Source: a virus (Duplodnaviria > Caudoviricetes). Taken from it: a stretch of 64,000 nucleotides of DNA. The notes beneath the pieces were generated by a model. It searched no databases, was not told the DNA's origin, and was given only the letters and a program-made list of their open reading frames with translations. The position numbers and the translations under genes were made by a program. The stretch lies in the IMG/VR virus record IMGVR_UViG_3300028735_000004, positions 160,001-224,000 of that record. The stretch is one strand, 5' to 3'. Position 1 is the stretch's first letter. Each line of letters opens with the position of its first letter. This document shows positions 18,102 through 27,185 of this stretch, in pieces.

Positions 18102-18952
18102 TTGGCCGCCATTTTATACATTATAATTCTTCTATTTGTATTAAGTTTAGTATCGCTTACTTTTTTAAGTGTAGAATTTTTATCACTTAATACTAAAATA
18201 TTTATTTTATTTCCATATTTTTTTAAATTATTTTTAAACTCTAATGCAAGAACATTAGAAAATTCTTTTAATGCTTTTTCAGATAAATCTTTTGGTCCTT
18301 CAAAAGAACATTCTAACTCTATATTGGTACCATCAGAACATATATTAGTTGTTGCGCCCAATTCTTCTTGCAAACCTAAAGATAAAATTCTTGAAAATTC
18401 TAAAGAATTAGAATAATCAGTAGAATTAACTACTATTAAAAAATTATTCATATTATCATTTGCTCCCAAGAAACTTTTTAATTGATTTAAAAAAGCCATC
18501 AATTTATCATATTTTGATACTTGTTTTTGTGGTTCATTTATTTTTTTTCTTTGATCAACATCTTGGGTATCAGCGTATCCCAATAAACTTTCAACTTTAC
18601 CTTTGAAATTTTTAGTGCCCCAAGGACTATCATTAATATATTTTAATGTTAAATTAGGATTTAAAGATTTTTGTAAAGCGTCTCTAATTTTGCTATACAT
18701 TGGATATTTTAATGTTTTAATTGTAGCATCTATTCCTTGTTGCCAATCTTTATATGCCTGTACTCCAGCCTTAAATCCAGGATTATATGATCCTGGCATT
18801 TTTTGTGTTGTATTTAACGGATTAAATTTAGCCGCATTATAGTAATGACCACCTTCAAGTGCTTGCCAAGCGACCAAAGCATTAATATTATTATCCGAAG
18901 TTGGATAACCCATAGTTGTTAGAATTTTTTTGGCAAAATCTCTTGGTGTCAT
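18095..18952 (-). CDS. Putative virion-associated lysozyme-like muralytic protein
   Basis: ALVAWQALEGG..FNPLNTT..GVQAY..GIDATIKTL..SPWGT resembles lysozyme-fold domains of phage virion lysins; unknown C-terminal domain. Confidence 0.6.
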   Translation of the reverse strand: MTPRDFAKKILTTMGYPTSDNNINALVAWQALEGGHYYNAAKFNPLNTTQKMPGSYNPGFKAGVQAYKDWQQGIDATIKTLKYPMYSKIRDALQKSLNPNLTLKYINDSPWGTKNFKGKVESLLGYADTQDVDQRKKINEPQKQVSKYDKLMAFLNQLKSFLGANDNMNNFLIVVNSTDYSNSLEFSRILSLGLQEELGATTNICSDGTNIELECSFEGPKDLSEKALKEFSNVLALEFKNNLKKYGNKINILVLSDKNSTLKKVSDTKLNTNRRIIMYKMAAKC

Positions 18953-20556
18953 CAGTTCCCTATTCTAAAATTCTTTTGCATTGTTTTAACAGTTAATGTT
19001 TTTTGATACGCAGAAAATCTACATACTACTCTAAATGTCGCTTTCTGATTAGGTAATTCTAAATTTATAGATTGTAAATCTAATGATGTTAAAATATCTA
19101 CATATCGATCTTTAGGATTACTATCATCATCAACAGGAGATATTTGTATTACTAAACCTTTTAAAATTGAATTTTTGATAGCAGGAATTAATTTGTTTTT
19201 AAATTCATATGGTAAATCAGATATTTCTATATTAAAATCATCTAATCTTTTGATAAAAATTTGTGCTAAATGATCTTCTGCCGCAGAAGTTATACGAATA
19301 TTTTTAATATCCTTTAAAATTTCAACATCAGATAAAAATTGATTAACTGGACCTATTGGTAATTCAGTTTTTGTCTTTAATTTAGTTTTCGGTTTTTCTT
19401 CAATTACCTCTATGTCCTCAGGATCAATTTCTTGTGGTTTATCTTGATTTTCTACTTTTTTTTTAAGAAAATCAAAAATACCAGCTGTCTTGTTTCTTTC
19501 TTCTAATTTTTTAAGAGCTTCTTCATTAGCTTTTTGATCAGAAACTTCTTCTTGTTTTGAATAATCTTCTAATTGCTCTTGTGTTTCCAAATTTTCCAAA
19601 ACTTGTTTAGATTGTTCAACTAGGCTTTGTTCAGATTTAGGTTGTCTGACAGATAATTCTTTTTCTAATTGTCGTTCCTGAGATAATTTTTGTTCTTTAT
19701 ATTTCTGAGCAGCTTCTTGTTGTTGCCGCTGAATCATTTTTTGATATTCTTCTTCTCGTTTTTTTGCTTCTTCCTGTTTTTGTTTAAATTCTAATTCTTG
19801 TTTTTTAATTTCTTCTTCTAATTTAGCCTGATGTTCTTTTAATGGTATAATATTTTTATTGTAGTATTTTGTAAAACTTTTATTAAAACCACCACATTCT
19901 TTAGATAAATCCATCGATGTTTTCAAATAATTATCAACCTTACGAGTTGCAACATATCTTCCAAGATCTTTTAAATTATCAATTAATGATTTATTTAAAG
20001 ATTTTGCTTGGCTTACCAAATCAATAGTATCTTGTCGTAATTTGCCAATAAAAGAAGATGGAAACCTTTTTTCTAAGGCCTTAATTGCTAAATTATGTGG
20101 AGAGAAAAATCCGGCAAACATATCGCTTAAAGAAGAGAAGAATCCGGCATTTTTAACTAATTCAATTGATAATTCTGATTTTTTAGCTACAGGTTGATAT
20201 TTAAATAGTTCTTCTAAATGCTCTTTTTTTGGTCTGCTTAATAAAATATCATAATTTTTAAAATTTACAATATTTTTTAAAGTATCAAATTTTTCTTTAA
20301 TTGAAGAAACAGCATCATTATATTTAGTTAAATAATAAGCAGTAGTTATGTAATCTCTAAGCCTGCTTGCAGAGACAGCTTTATCTAAATTGATTTCATT
20401 TTTTTCTACAATTTTTCTAATTTCATTATCAGTAGATCTAATAATCTTCATTATTTCTCTAAATTCCGAATCTCTTAATTCTAAGAATTTACCAGAAATA
20501 TTAGATTTTTCTCTAACTTTACTTAAGAAACTTCTTCTTTGAGCGATTTTTTTCAT
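18952..20556 (-). CDS. Hypothetical head-cluster protein (coiled coil, E/Q/K-rich linker)
   Basis: 534-aa ORF directly after the portal gene, with KIAQ, KNAGFF and KTAGIF motifs. Confidence 0.7.
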   Translation of the reverse strand: MKKIAQRRSFLSKVREKSNISGKFLELRDSEFREIMKIIRSTDNEIRKIVEKNEINLDKAVSASRLRDYITTAYYLTKYNDAVSSIKEKFDTLKNIVNFKNYDILLSRPKKEHLEELFKYQPVAKKSELSIELVKNAGFFSSLSDMFAGFFSPHNLAIKALEKRFPSSFIGKLRQDTIDLVSQAKSLNKSLIDNLKDLGRYVATRKVDNYLKTSMDLSKECGGFNKSFTKYYNKNIIPLKEHQAKLEEEIKKQELEFKQKQEEAKKREEEYQKMIQRQQQEAAQKYKEQKLSQERQLEKELSVRQPKSEQSLVEQSKQVLENLETQEQLEDYSKQEEVSDQKANEEALKKLEERNKTAGIFDFLKKKVENQDKPQEIDPEDIEVIEEKPKTKLKTKTELPIGPVNQFLSDVEILKDIKNIRITSAAEDHLAQIFIKRLDDFNIEISDLPYEFKNKLIPAIKNSILKGLVIQISPVDDDSNPKDRYVDILTSLDLQSINLELPNQKATFRVVCRFSAYQKTLTVKTMQKNFRIGN

Positions 20557-20570
20557 AACACTCCCTATTA

Positions 20571-20589
20571 ATTATATAAAAATATTGAT
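20571..20589 (-). promoter_or_regulatory. Candidate late promoter ATCAATA-N5-ATATAAT
   Basis: Exact match, upstream of the GGAG SD of 18952..20556. Confidence 0.5.
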
Positions 20590-20592
20590 TAA

Positions 20593-22308
20593 TTAAGGAG
20601 CTTTAGGTGATGGAGGTGGAGTTAAATCTGGTGGAATGCCAGAAGTATCAGGAATGCCGGAAGGTTCTCCCCCACCAGATGGACCAGCTTCATAAGGTGA
20701 TTGTCCAGGTAAAGGCGGTTCTAATATTTCTGGAATATCAGCATCATCAGTTAAAGACCTTAATTCATTGAGAGGCATTTGTTTAAGAGATTCTTTCTCT
20801 TTTTCTCTAATTGCTTCTGCAATATCTTCTTTTCTAATCTTTCTTCTTTCTTCTTCCCATTCCAATCCTAAAGATCTATATAAAGTTTGTTGTGAAACTC
20901 GTTTTGGATCTCCGGTTAATTGAATTAAAAAGTTAATATAATCAGCCGCATCAAATAAGCTCATATGATTCCAGTCAATATCTGGAACTATAAGAACTTT
21001 TTTCTTATCTTTAAATTCGTAAAATTCATTGAGTTTAGAAATGGGAGCAAAAATACGACGACGAAGCCAGGTTGTCATCATATTTCTAAACTGCATATAA
21101 CGCTGTCTTAATACATCAAGAGATATACCACCGTTAGCATATGTAATATCTCCACCACCTTCCATAACTACTTGTGGTACCATTAATCCAATATAAATTT
21201 CTTTAATTAATTGCGTAATATCTCCTGAAATATCATAAATACCTTGACCAGAACCTATTCTTTCTATAGATACCTGATCGTGAGTAATGATTTTAAAATC
21301 TTTATCATATTGTGCTTGTTCTATCAATTCTCTCCAAGCTTCAAGATCTGCCGGAGTTGGCTTATATTCAGTACCTGCCCCTCCAACTTTAACAAGAGTT
21401 AAAGGATTAATCATATTAGCGGCTTGTGCAAATTTAGATTCTCTTAATAAATCGAATAACATTAATTGTCTAAATACAGAAACTGGAAGCCCAGTGCCTC
21501 TATGTGCATATGGGCTTATTTTTCTTGCCAAATGTGAAACATAAAAATTATCAAGAGGTATATTTTCGCCTCTTCTTACTCTTTCAATTATTGCCGGATT
21601 TAACTGATTTCTTTGTTCTATGTCGGATGGATTATTTGACATTACTATCTTGCGTAAATTTTCATCCGGTCTTAACATAATTAACGGCTCATTTGCTATA
21701 ACCGTTTTTTTAACAACTATATAATCTGGATTTTGTATTGCTAATCTACTCCATTTTAATGATTTTGAGTCTAACTCCGCATATACAAAAGCTTCACCTA
21801 ACAACCAATATTCTTGAGCAACTTGAACACAAATATTCATTAAATCTATTTCTTCAATCATTTCATTAAAGAAATCTTCTACTTTTTTATTTGGACATTT
21901 AATGTTTAATTTACTAATAGGATATGTGCTATGCAAATTAATAGCGTTTTGTACTATGGGATTTAAGGCATAAAATGATCTGCACCAGGCATTTATTGTA
22001 GCCTGGTCTCTTGGTAAATTAAGATTTGAATTAAGCCATAATGGAGAATAAACTTCAGGCGTTTGTCTTACAGTTCCACCTGAACCTTGCCAAGAAGTTC
22101 CAGAACTACTGCTGGCTAATTGAGCATTTTTAACAATAGTTGAATATGATGCTTGTGTTAATTCATTTTTGTTTTTAAGATTACCAGATCCATCCTTAAA
22201 TAAACCGGCCTCTACCTCTTCTCCAAGTGTTTCTCGCCTATATTGGGAAACGGATTTATACATTAATGGAGTAATTGATGGTACATATTTTTTAGTATTA
22301 TCTGACAA
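20593..22308 (-). CDS. Portal protein
   Basis: Follows the large terminase. Motifs RSFYALNPIVQNAINLH, AQEYWLLGEAF, YAHRGTG and TLVKVG; Pro-rich C-terminal tail; TTG start with GGTG SD. Confidence 0.8.
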   Translation of the reverse strand: MSDNTKKYVPSITPLMYKSVSQYRRETLGEEVEAGLFKDGSGNLKNKNELTQASYSTIVKNAQLASSSSGTSWQGSGGTVRQTPEVYSPLWLNSNLNLPRDQATINAWCRSFYALNPIVQNAINLHSTYPISKLNIKCPNKKVEDFFNEMIEEIDLMNICVQVAQEYWLLGEAFVYAELDSKSLKWSRLAIQNPDYIVVKKTVIANEPLIMLRPDENLRKIVMSNNPSDIEQRNQLNPAIIERVRRGENIPLDNFYVSHLARKISPYAHRGTGLPVSVFRQLMLFDLLRESKFAQAANMINPLTLVKVGGAGTEYKPTPADLEAWRELIEQAQYDKDFKIITHDQVSIERIGSGQGIYDISGDITQLIKEIYIGLMVPQVVMEGGGDITYANGGISLDVLRQRYMQFRNMMTTWLRRRIFAPISKLNEFYEFKDKKKVLIVPDIDWNHMSLFDAADYINFLIQLTGDPKRVSQQTLYRSLGLEWEEERRKIRKEDIAEAIREKEKESLKQMPLNELRSLTDDADIPEILEPPLPGQSPYEAGPSGGGEPSGIPDTSGIPPDLTPPPSPKAP

Positions 22309-22373
22309 AATTCACCTATATGAATATATATAACTTTATTACTGATTATTTATTAGACAATATTTAGTTAATG

Positions 22374-24215
22374 TTATCTAATTTTAGGAGCATATGCTAA
22401 AACTGCAGGAAGTGTTTTCTTTTCTTCTGTGAAAGAAGTTGGAAGCCCTTGGTTAGTAAAACCTTGAGTTATATAAAATTTATAAGCAATATATGCGTTT
22501 AATAAAGCAACAAAACCATCATTAACCCCAGATTTAATATAGTGAGGTGTAACATCTCCTACTCGCGATATAGAAGGTTTTATTTCCATATTAGTGCAAT
22601 GCTGAATTAACCAGGCAATATGCTCATATGAGCCAAGAGGAAATCTTACCATACCTTTTTTCATTTTTTCATATAAATCAGCAATCCAATAATCTTTTTC
22701 AAACATAATTACTTTAGGAAAAATATCTGAATTATATTTTACTTTATTATTTAACTTACCAGTAGCTTGAGCGCACAAAAATTTTTCACCTAATTCATTT
22801 TGTAATATTTCACTCAAATCGTGCGTGTATCCAAAATCCATCATCGCAAGATTAATAGAATATTTTTGAATAAGCTCTTTGATAAAGGACTTCTTATATT
22901 CAACATTATTTTTTTTAAATTTAGCCGCAAATTCAATTGACATTATACCAGCATTTTTAATAGATATAATTACCGCGGTGCTATAGCTCTGCCCCTGTAT
23001 TTTAAACCTTGGATTATCAACCATTTGTTCGGTGTCTTGTCTGGCGCCTATATCTATTCCTAAGAATTTTAAAGTTTGATCTTCTGGATGAAAATTAGCC
23101 CTAAATTTTCTCTCGTGATCTCCACAAATTTCTCGTATCTGATCTTGAGTAATAATAGAAGTTTCTCCGTGGAAAAATTCTCCAAGAACTTCGTTTTGAT
23201 ATGCTCTTTCACTATTAATTGGACTATTTTCAGGTTTTTCTGCAAGAATTTTTTCTTTAGTAAATTCTGGCATATACAACTGATTAATATGAAATCCTAT
23301 ATATTGACATTCATCTGGATTTCGTAAAGGTACCCATTTACCTCTTTCCGCTGCTTTTCTTTTGTCTTGATCGTGGCCGCAATGAGTACATCTAACAACG
23401 AAGTCATAAATCCAAATATTTTCCCATTCATTGCTTCCAGGAGTATATAATGGAAAATGCTCTCCACATTTTTCACAACCTAAATAAAAATATTGTTGAG
23501 AAGAAGCGTTCCATAATTTATGAAAATTAGAGCCTTTTTGAAGAGGAGTTCCAAAATAAACTTGAACTCCAGAACCAATAGAACCATATCTTGCTTTATT
23601 TAGAATTTTTAAAGTATTAGAAATGGCAGCTGGGCTCATTAATTGACATTCATCAAAAAATATAACATCCGCAGTTTTTCCTCTTAATCTTGAACCATCA
23701 AGGCCAACTGATTCTATCCATAAATGATTACCGCCAACAAATTGCTTAAATTGTAAGCTGTCATTAGTGGCGGTTGTTGCATCAATTAAAGATTGCATAT
23801 GTGATTTAGATTTGCCTTTTTTATCAGGACCGTCCGTTAATACAGAGTTAGATATCATTTCACTTAATTTAGTTTTAGAATACGAAAAGACGTGATCTAA
23901 TTGAGGAAATGCGTGCACAACTCTAATTGGAGGCCTATCTCCAGATCCAAATAATCCAGATCCCATAAAAAACATTTCAAGTACAGAAGCCATAGTAGTG
24001 CCACCGACTTGGCGTGATTTAAGTAATACAATTGGTTTAGAATTATTTTCTAAAGCTTTAACGCCAATGTATCGATAAATTTCAATAAATGGCCTATATC
24101 CATTACTTGTTAAATTAAAAGGCTTACCATCAAGATTTAAATAATTTTCCGCAAAATATACAGGATCTATATTTAATAGTGTTTTCTTTATTTTTTCTAA
24201 AATTTCATCTGACAT
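22374..24215 (-). CDS. Large terminase subunit (lambda gpA-like)
   Basis: Deviant Walker A KSRQVGGT, Walker B VIFFDE, GTP coupling motif, CxxC..CxxC, and RNase H-type nuclease FLGIDIG...NDGFVAL. Confidence 0.9.
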   Translation of the reverse strand: MSDEILEKIKKTLLNIDPVYFAENYLNLDGKPFNLTSNGYRPFIEIYRYIGVKALENNSKPIVLLKSRQVGGTTMASVLEMFFMGSGLFGSGDRPPIRVVHAFPQLDHVFSYSKTKLSEMISNSVLTDGPDKKGKSKSHMQSLIDATTATNDSLQFKQFVGGNHLWIESVGLDGSRLRGKTADVIFFDECQLMSPAAISNTLKILNKARYGSIGSGVQVYFGTPLQKGSNFHKLWNASSQQYFYLGCEKCGEHFPLYTPGSNEWENIWIYDFVVRCTHCGHDQDKRKAAERGKWVPLRNPDECQYIGFHINQLYMPEFTKEKILAEKPENSPINSERAYQNEVLGEFFHGETSIITQDQIREICGDHERKFRANFHPEDQTLKFLGIDIGARQDTEQMVDNPRFKIQGQSYSTAVIISIKNAGIMSIEFAAKFKKNNVEYKKSFIKELIQKYSINLAMMDFGYTHDLSEILQNELGEKFLCAQATGKLNNKVKYNSDIFPKVIMFEKDYWIADLYEKMKKGMVRFPLGSYEHIAWLIQHCTNMEIKPSISRVGDVTPHYIKSGVNDGFVALLNAYIAYKFYITQGFTNQGLPTSFTEEKKTLPAVLAYAPKIR

Positions 24216-24252
24216 ATATTAAATATATATCAATAAATAAATTAAAAATTAC

Positions 24253-24846
24253 TTATTTAGTTGATGGTTCTAATAATTCAAACGGATCGTAATTTTCATC
24301 ACCGTCAGTAGAGGTATCAATTTTTCCTAAATTTAAATTTACTTCTTTATTTTGAGGATTATTTTTTTCTACTTCTATAATTTTATTATTAATATAAACT
24401 CTAACATCATTGGGAACATCAAATTTATTATCTAATTTTTCTTGAATAGATTTGATTTTTAATAAATCTTCAACAACTGCTTCTGGAAATGCGGTTGGTC
24501 TGCTTTCAACATAATTATCTATAAAGATTTTCATTTCAGGTATTCTGCTGAATATTTCTGGCTCTTTATGAGTTAATGATGAAGATGCTTGTTTTTTATT
24601 TAAGAATTCTAATAAACCAGTTCTTTTTTGCATATCTAATACTGCTTCTTCAACACTGGAATATTTTGATTTACGATTACCTAATATTTGATTAATTTCA
24701 TCAAATATGACGGCATCTTGCACTTTTGATTTTACTGCACTTTTCTCTAATTCAGAAATAAAATCATCTAACCATTCTGGCTCGTATTTATTGCCTTCAA
24801 AAGTTATATCATCTCTTGAAAAAATAGAATTATTATATCTGCTCAT
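24253..24846 (-). CDS. Hypothetical head-cluster protein
   Basis: 197-aa ORF in the operon upstream of the terminase. Confidence 0.7.
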   Translation of the reverse strand: MSRYNNSIFSRDDITFEGNKYEPEWLDDFISELEKSAVKSKVQDAVIFDEINQILGNRKSKYSSVEEAVLDMQKRTGLLEFLNKKQASSSLTHKEPEIFSRIPEMKIFIDNYVESRPTAFPEAVVEDLLKIKSIQEKLDNKFDVPNDVRVYINNKIIEVEKNNPQNKEVNLNLGKIDTSTDGDENYDPFELLEPSTK

Positions 24847-24854
24847 AATTAATA

Positions 24855-25766
24855 TTAGGCCTGATAATTACTTGCCCAATCTCCTTTACCATCACGAGTA
24901 TCTACTTCTTCATCGCGTTTATATAAACGATCAGTTCTTACTGGATAGCCCATATCTTCAAGAAATTGTGATAATTCGGCCTGTTCTCTTTCGTTTAAGG
25001 CATATTTTTTCACTTGGTCTTCGTAAAGATGTTCAATTGAATGACCTGCGGAAACCATTCCGTTTATACAAACTCTTGCAATTCTTGATATTAATAACGG
25101 GACTGTAACTATTATCCCACCAACATATGGGGCTCTACCTTCTTTAACTAAAGATGATTTTTCCTCGGCTTTTTTCTTTTTACCATATTTGCTATCTAAA
25201 ATTTCTTCTCTTCTTTTATCTAATCTAACGATACCTTCATTTATTTCATCTTTAGCTTTTGCGACTTCATCAGCATCAATTACGCCTTCAAAATCTTGTT
25301 GCATCGCTCTGGAAATTTCACTATCTAATCTTTTAAGATAAGCAATAGCTCTTTCTAAACCAGGAATATCTTTACCCGAATGATTAGGAATTTTCTTAAG
25401 CATTTCATCCAACCAAGAAGAAAAATTAGCACAATCTTCCCAATCCCAAATATTTTTAGATTTATCTTTAACTACTTTTTCTTCTTTTTTATCTTCTAAA
25501 TCTTTATCAGAAATCTCTAATACTTGAGCATCATCGGGTGCTCCCGGTATATTGGGGAGTTTAAATTTAAGCTCAACTTCTACTGGAGCCACTTCCTGAG
25601 CTAAATCTTGATGCAATTCAACAACATCTTCCATTTCTGGTTTTTCATCATAAATGACTATTTCTTCATTTGATGGAGCTAATTCTACTTCGACTGGCTC
25701 ATCTACCATATCAATAACTAAATCTTTATTTTCCATTAAATCCTGTGCGCTTTTTAAAAGTGGCAT
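24855..25766 (-). CDS. Hypothetical head-cluster protein (acidic N-terminal half)
   Basis: GAGG SD; KSAQ at the N-terminus; conserved-looking GLERAIAYL and VPLLISRIARVCING. Confidence 0.7.
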   Translation of the reverse strand: MPLLKSAQDLMENKDLVIDMVDEPVEVELAPSNEEIVIYDEKPEMEDVVELHQDLAQEVAPVEVELKFKLPNIPGAPDDAQVLEISDKDLEDKKEEKVVKDKSKNIWDWEDCANFSSWLDEMLKKIPNHSGKDIPGLERAIAYLKRLDSEISRAMQQDFEGVIDADEVAKAKDEINEGIVRLDKRREEILDSKYGKKKKAEEKSSLVKEGRAPYVGGIIVTVPLLISRIARVCINGMVSAGHSIEHLYEDQVKKYALNEREQAELSQFLEDMGYPVRTDRLYKRDEEVDTRDGKGDWASNYQA

Positions 25767-25792
25767 AGTTCCCTCGATAAATATTCTTCAAT

Positions 25793-25811
25793 ATTATATA
25801 ATAATATACAT
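25793..25811 (-). promoter_or_regulatory. Candidate late promoter variant ATGTATA-N5-ATATAAT
   Basis: Matches ATA-N5-ATATAAT upstream of 24855..25766. Confidence 0.4.
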
Positions 25812-25812
25812 A

Positions 25813-26250
25813 TTAAAGTTTTTTTGATAATATTTTATTTAATATTTCTGCTCTTTTTTGTAATTTATACATTCTATCTGCGTTTTGAGTAAAACCATAA
25901 TAAAGATTATGATAATAAGTGCTTGTTTGATCGTCCATTGGGACGGTAAATAATCCATTCATTCCGGTATTATCCATAGTATTTGTATAATAATCAGATG
26001 GTTTTAATGTAGGTAATTTACACGTTTCTATAACTTTATTATACAAACAATTAACTTGATGATCAAAAATTTCTCCAGCATACTTACATTGTGTATTTGG
26101 TGATTTTTCTAATAATAATTGTTTATTTTTAGACACATCTGTGGTATCCATTAAATCAACTAAATCACCAGCTTTTTTACAATCTTTTGTAATATCTAAG
26201 CCAAATGGACATTTATTTGCCTGATCTCTTAAAACCGATAATTTTTTCAT
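25813..26250 (-). CDS. Hypothetical Cys-containing protein
   Basis: CPFGL..C, C..C motifs; 4-nt overlap with the nucleotidyltransferase gene. Confidence 0.65.
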   Translation of the reverse strand: MKKLSVLRDQANKCPFGLDITKDCKKAGDLVDLMDTTDVSKNKQLLLEKSPNTQCKYAGEIFDHQVNCLYNKVIETCKLPTLKPSDYYTNTMDNTGMNGLFTVPMDDQTSTYYHNLYYGFTQNADRMYKLQKRAEILNKILSKKL

Positions 26251-27182
26251 TGTGGTTTATTTTTTCTAATTTTATCGATTAATTGTTTTCTTTTGTTTTT
26301 TCTTTTTTTTCTAAATTCAGATAAGCTTTTATTTTTCTTCATATCAGAATATAAACCTAATCCAGGACCTTCTTTATCTTCTATCCCATAATCAAAATTA
26401 CTAAAAAATTGAGCATTTTTAACTGAATTATAAATTACTTTTTTATTATAAAATGGCTGCAAATCTTCATTAATTGGTATATAATTCCAAATATCCATTT
26501 CATTTAATAAATAAACCAATCTATCGGGATTATGATTTAATGCTTTATTTATATTTTTAACTTTATATTGCAATTTGATTTGATTTAAATATTGTTTATT
26601 ATTTTTAATCCAATTAATAATTTTAGGATCTACATCAAAATCTAACTTAGAAGATAAATACAATACCCTAATTATTCTATTTACATTATATTTAAATGTT
26701 AATTCTGGATCCAGGCATGTGCGTATGAATTTATTTTCGATATCATCTATACCTAATTCAGTTAAATCTAATGTTGTTTTTAAATCAAAATTTAATAATA
26801 AAGAATTACAAGTAAAATCTCTACTATAAATTTCTTTTTCAAGTTCAGTTGGTTTTTCTATACCTTTATAATGTAAAATTTTTTCTATATTAGGTATTTT
26901 AAAATTAGAAGAAAAATCTATTTTTAAAGAACCCGTATAAACCGATGTATGACCGTCATCCATTTTTTTAGAAGCAGACGGTAATATTTTTGCTAATTCA
27001 ATAGAAAACTCTTTAGCCAAATAATGTATAGTTTTATCACCATTTGTAATATCTAAATCAGAAATATTATCTAATTTGTCAAGATATTTATCGCGAGGCA
27101 CACCACCACATATAAAAGGTTTAGAAAAACCTTTATTTTCTGCAATATTTTCTATTAGATTTAATAAATCCTTTAGTTTCAT
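26247..27182 (-). CDS. CCA-adding enzyme/poly(A) polymerase family nucleotidyltransferase (class II), no HD domain
   Basis: FICGGVPRD, DLD catalytic motif, RDFTCN, RIIR. The templating EDxxRRD motif reads KEIYSRD. Confidence 0.85.
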   Translation of the reverse strand: MKLKDLLNLIENIAENKGFSKPFICGGVPRDKYLDKLDNISDLDITNGDKTIHYLAKEFSIELAKILPSASKKMDDGHTSVYTGSLKIDFSSNFKIPNIEKILHYKGIEKPTELEKEIYSRDFTCNSLLLNFDLKTTLDLTELGIDDIENKFIRTCLDPELTFKYNVNRIIRVLYLSSKLDFDVDPKIINWIKNNKQYLNQIKLQYKVKNINKALNHNPDRLVYLLNEMDIWNYIPINEDLQPFYNKKVIYNSVKNAQFFSNFDYGIEDKEGPGLGLYSDMKKNKSLSEFRKKRKNKRKQLIDKIRKNKPQ

Positions 27183-27185
27183 TCA

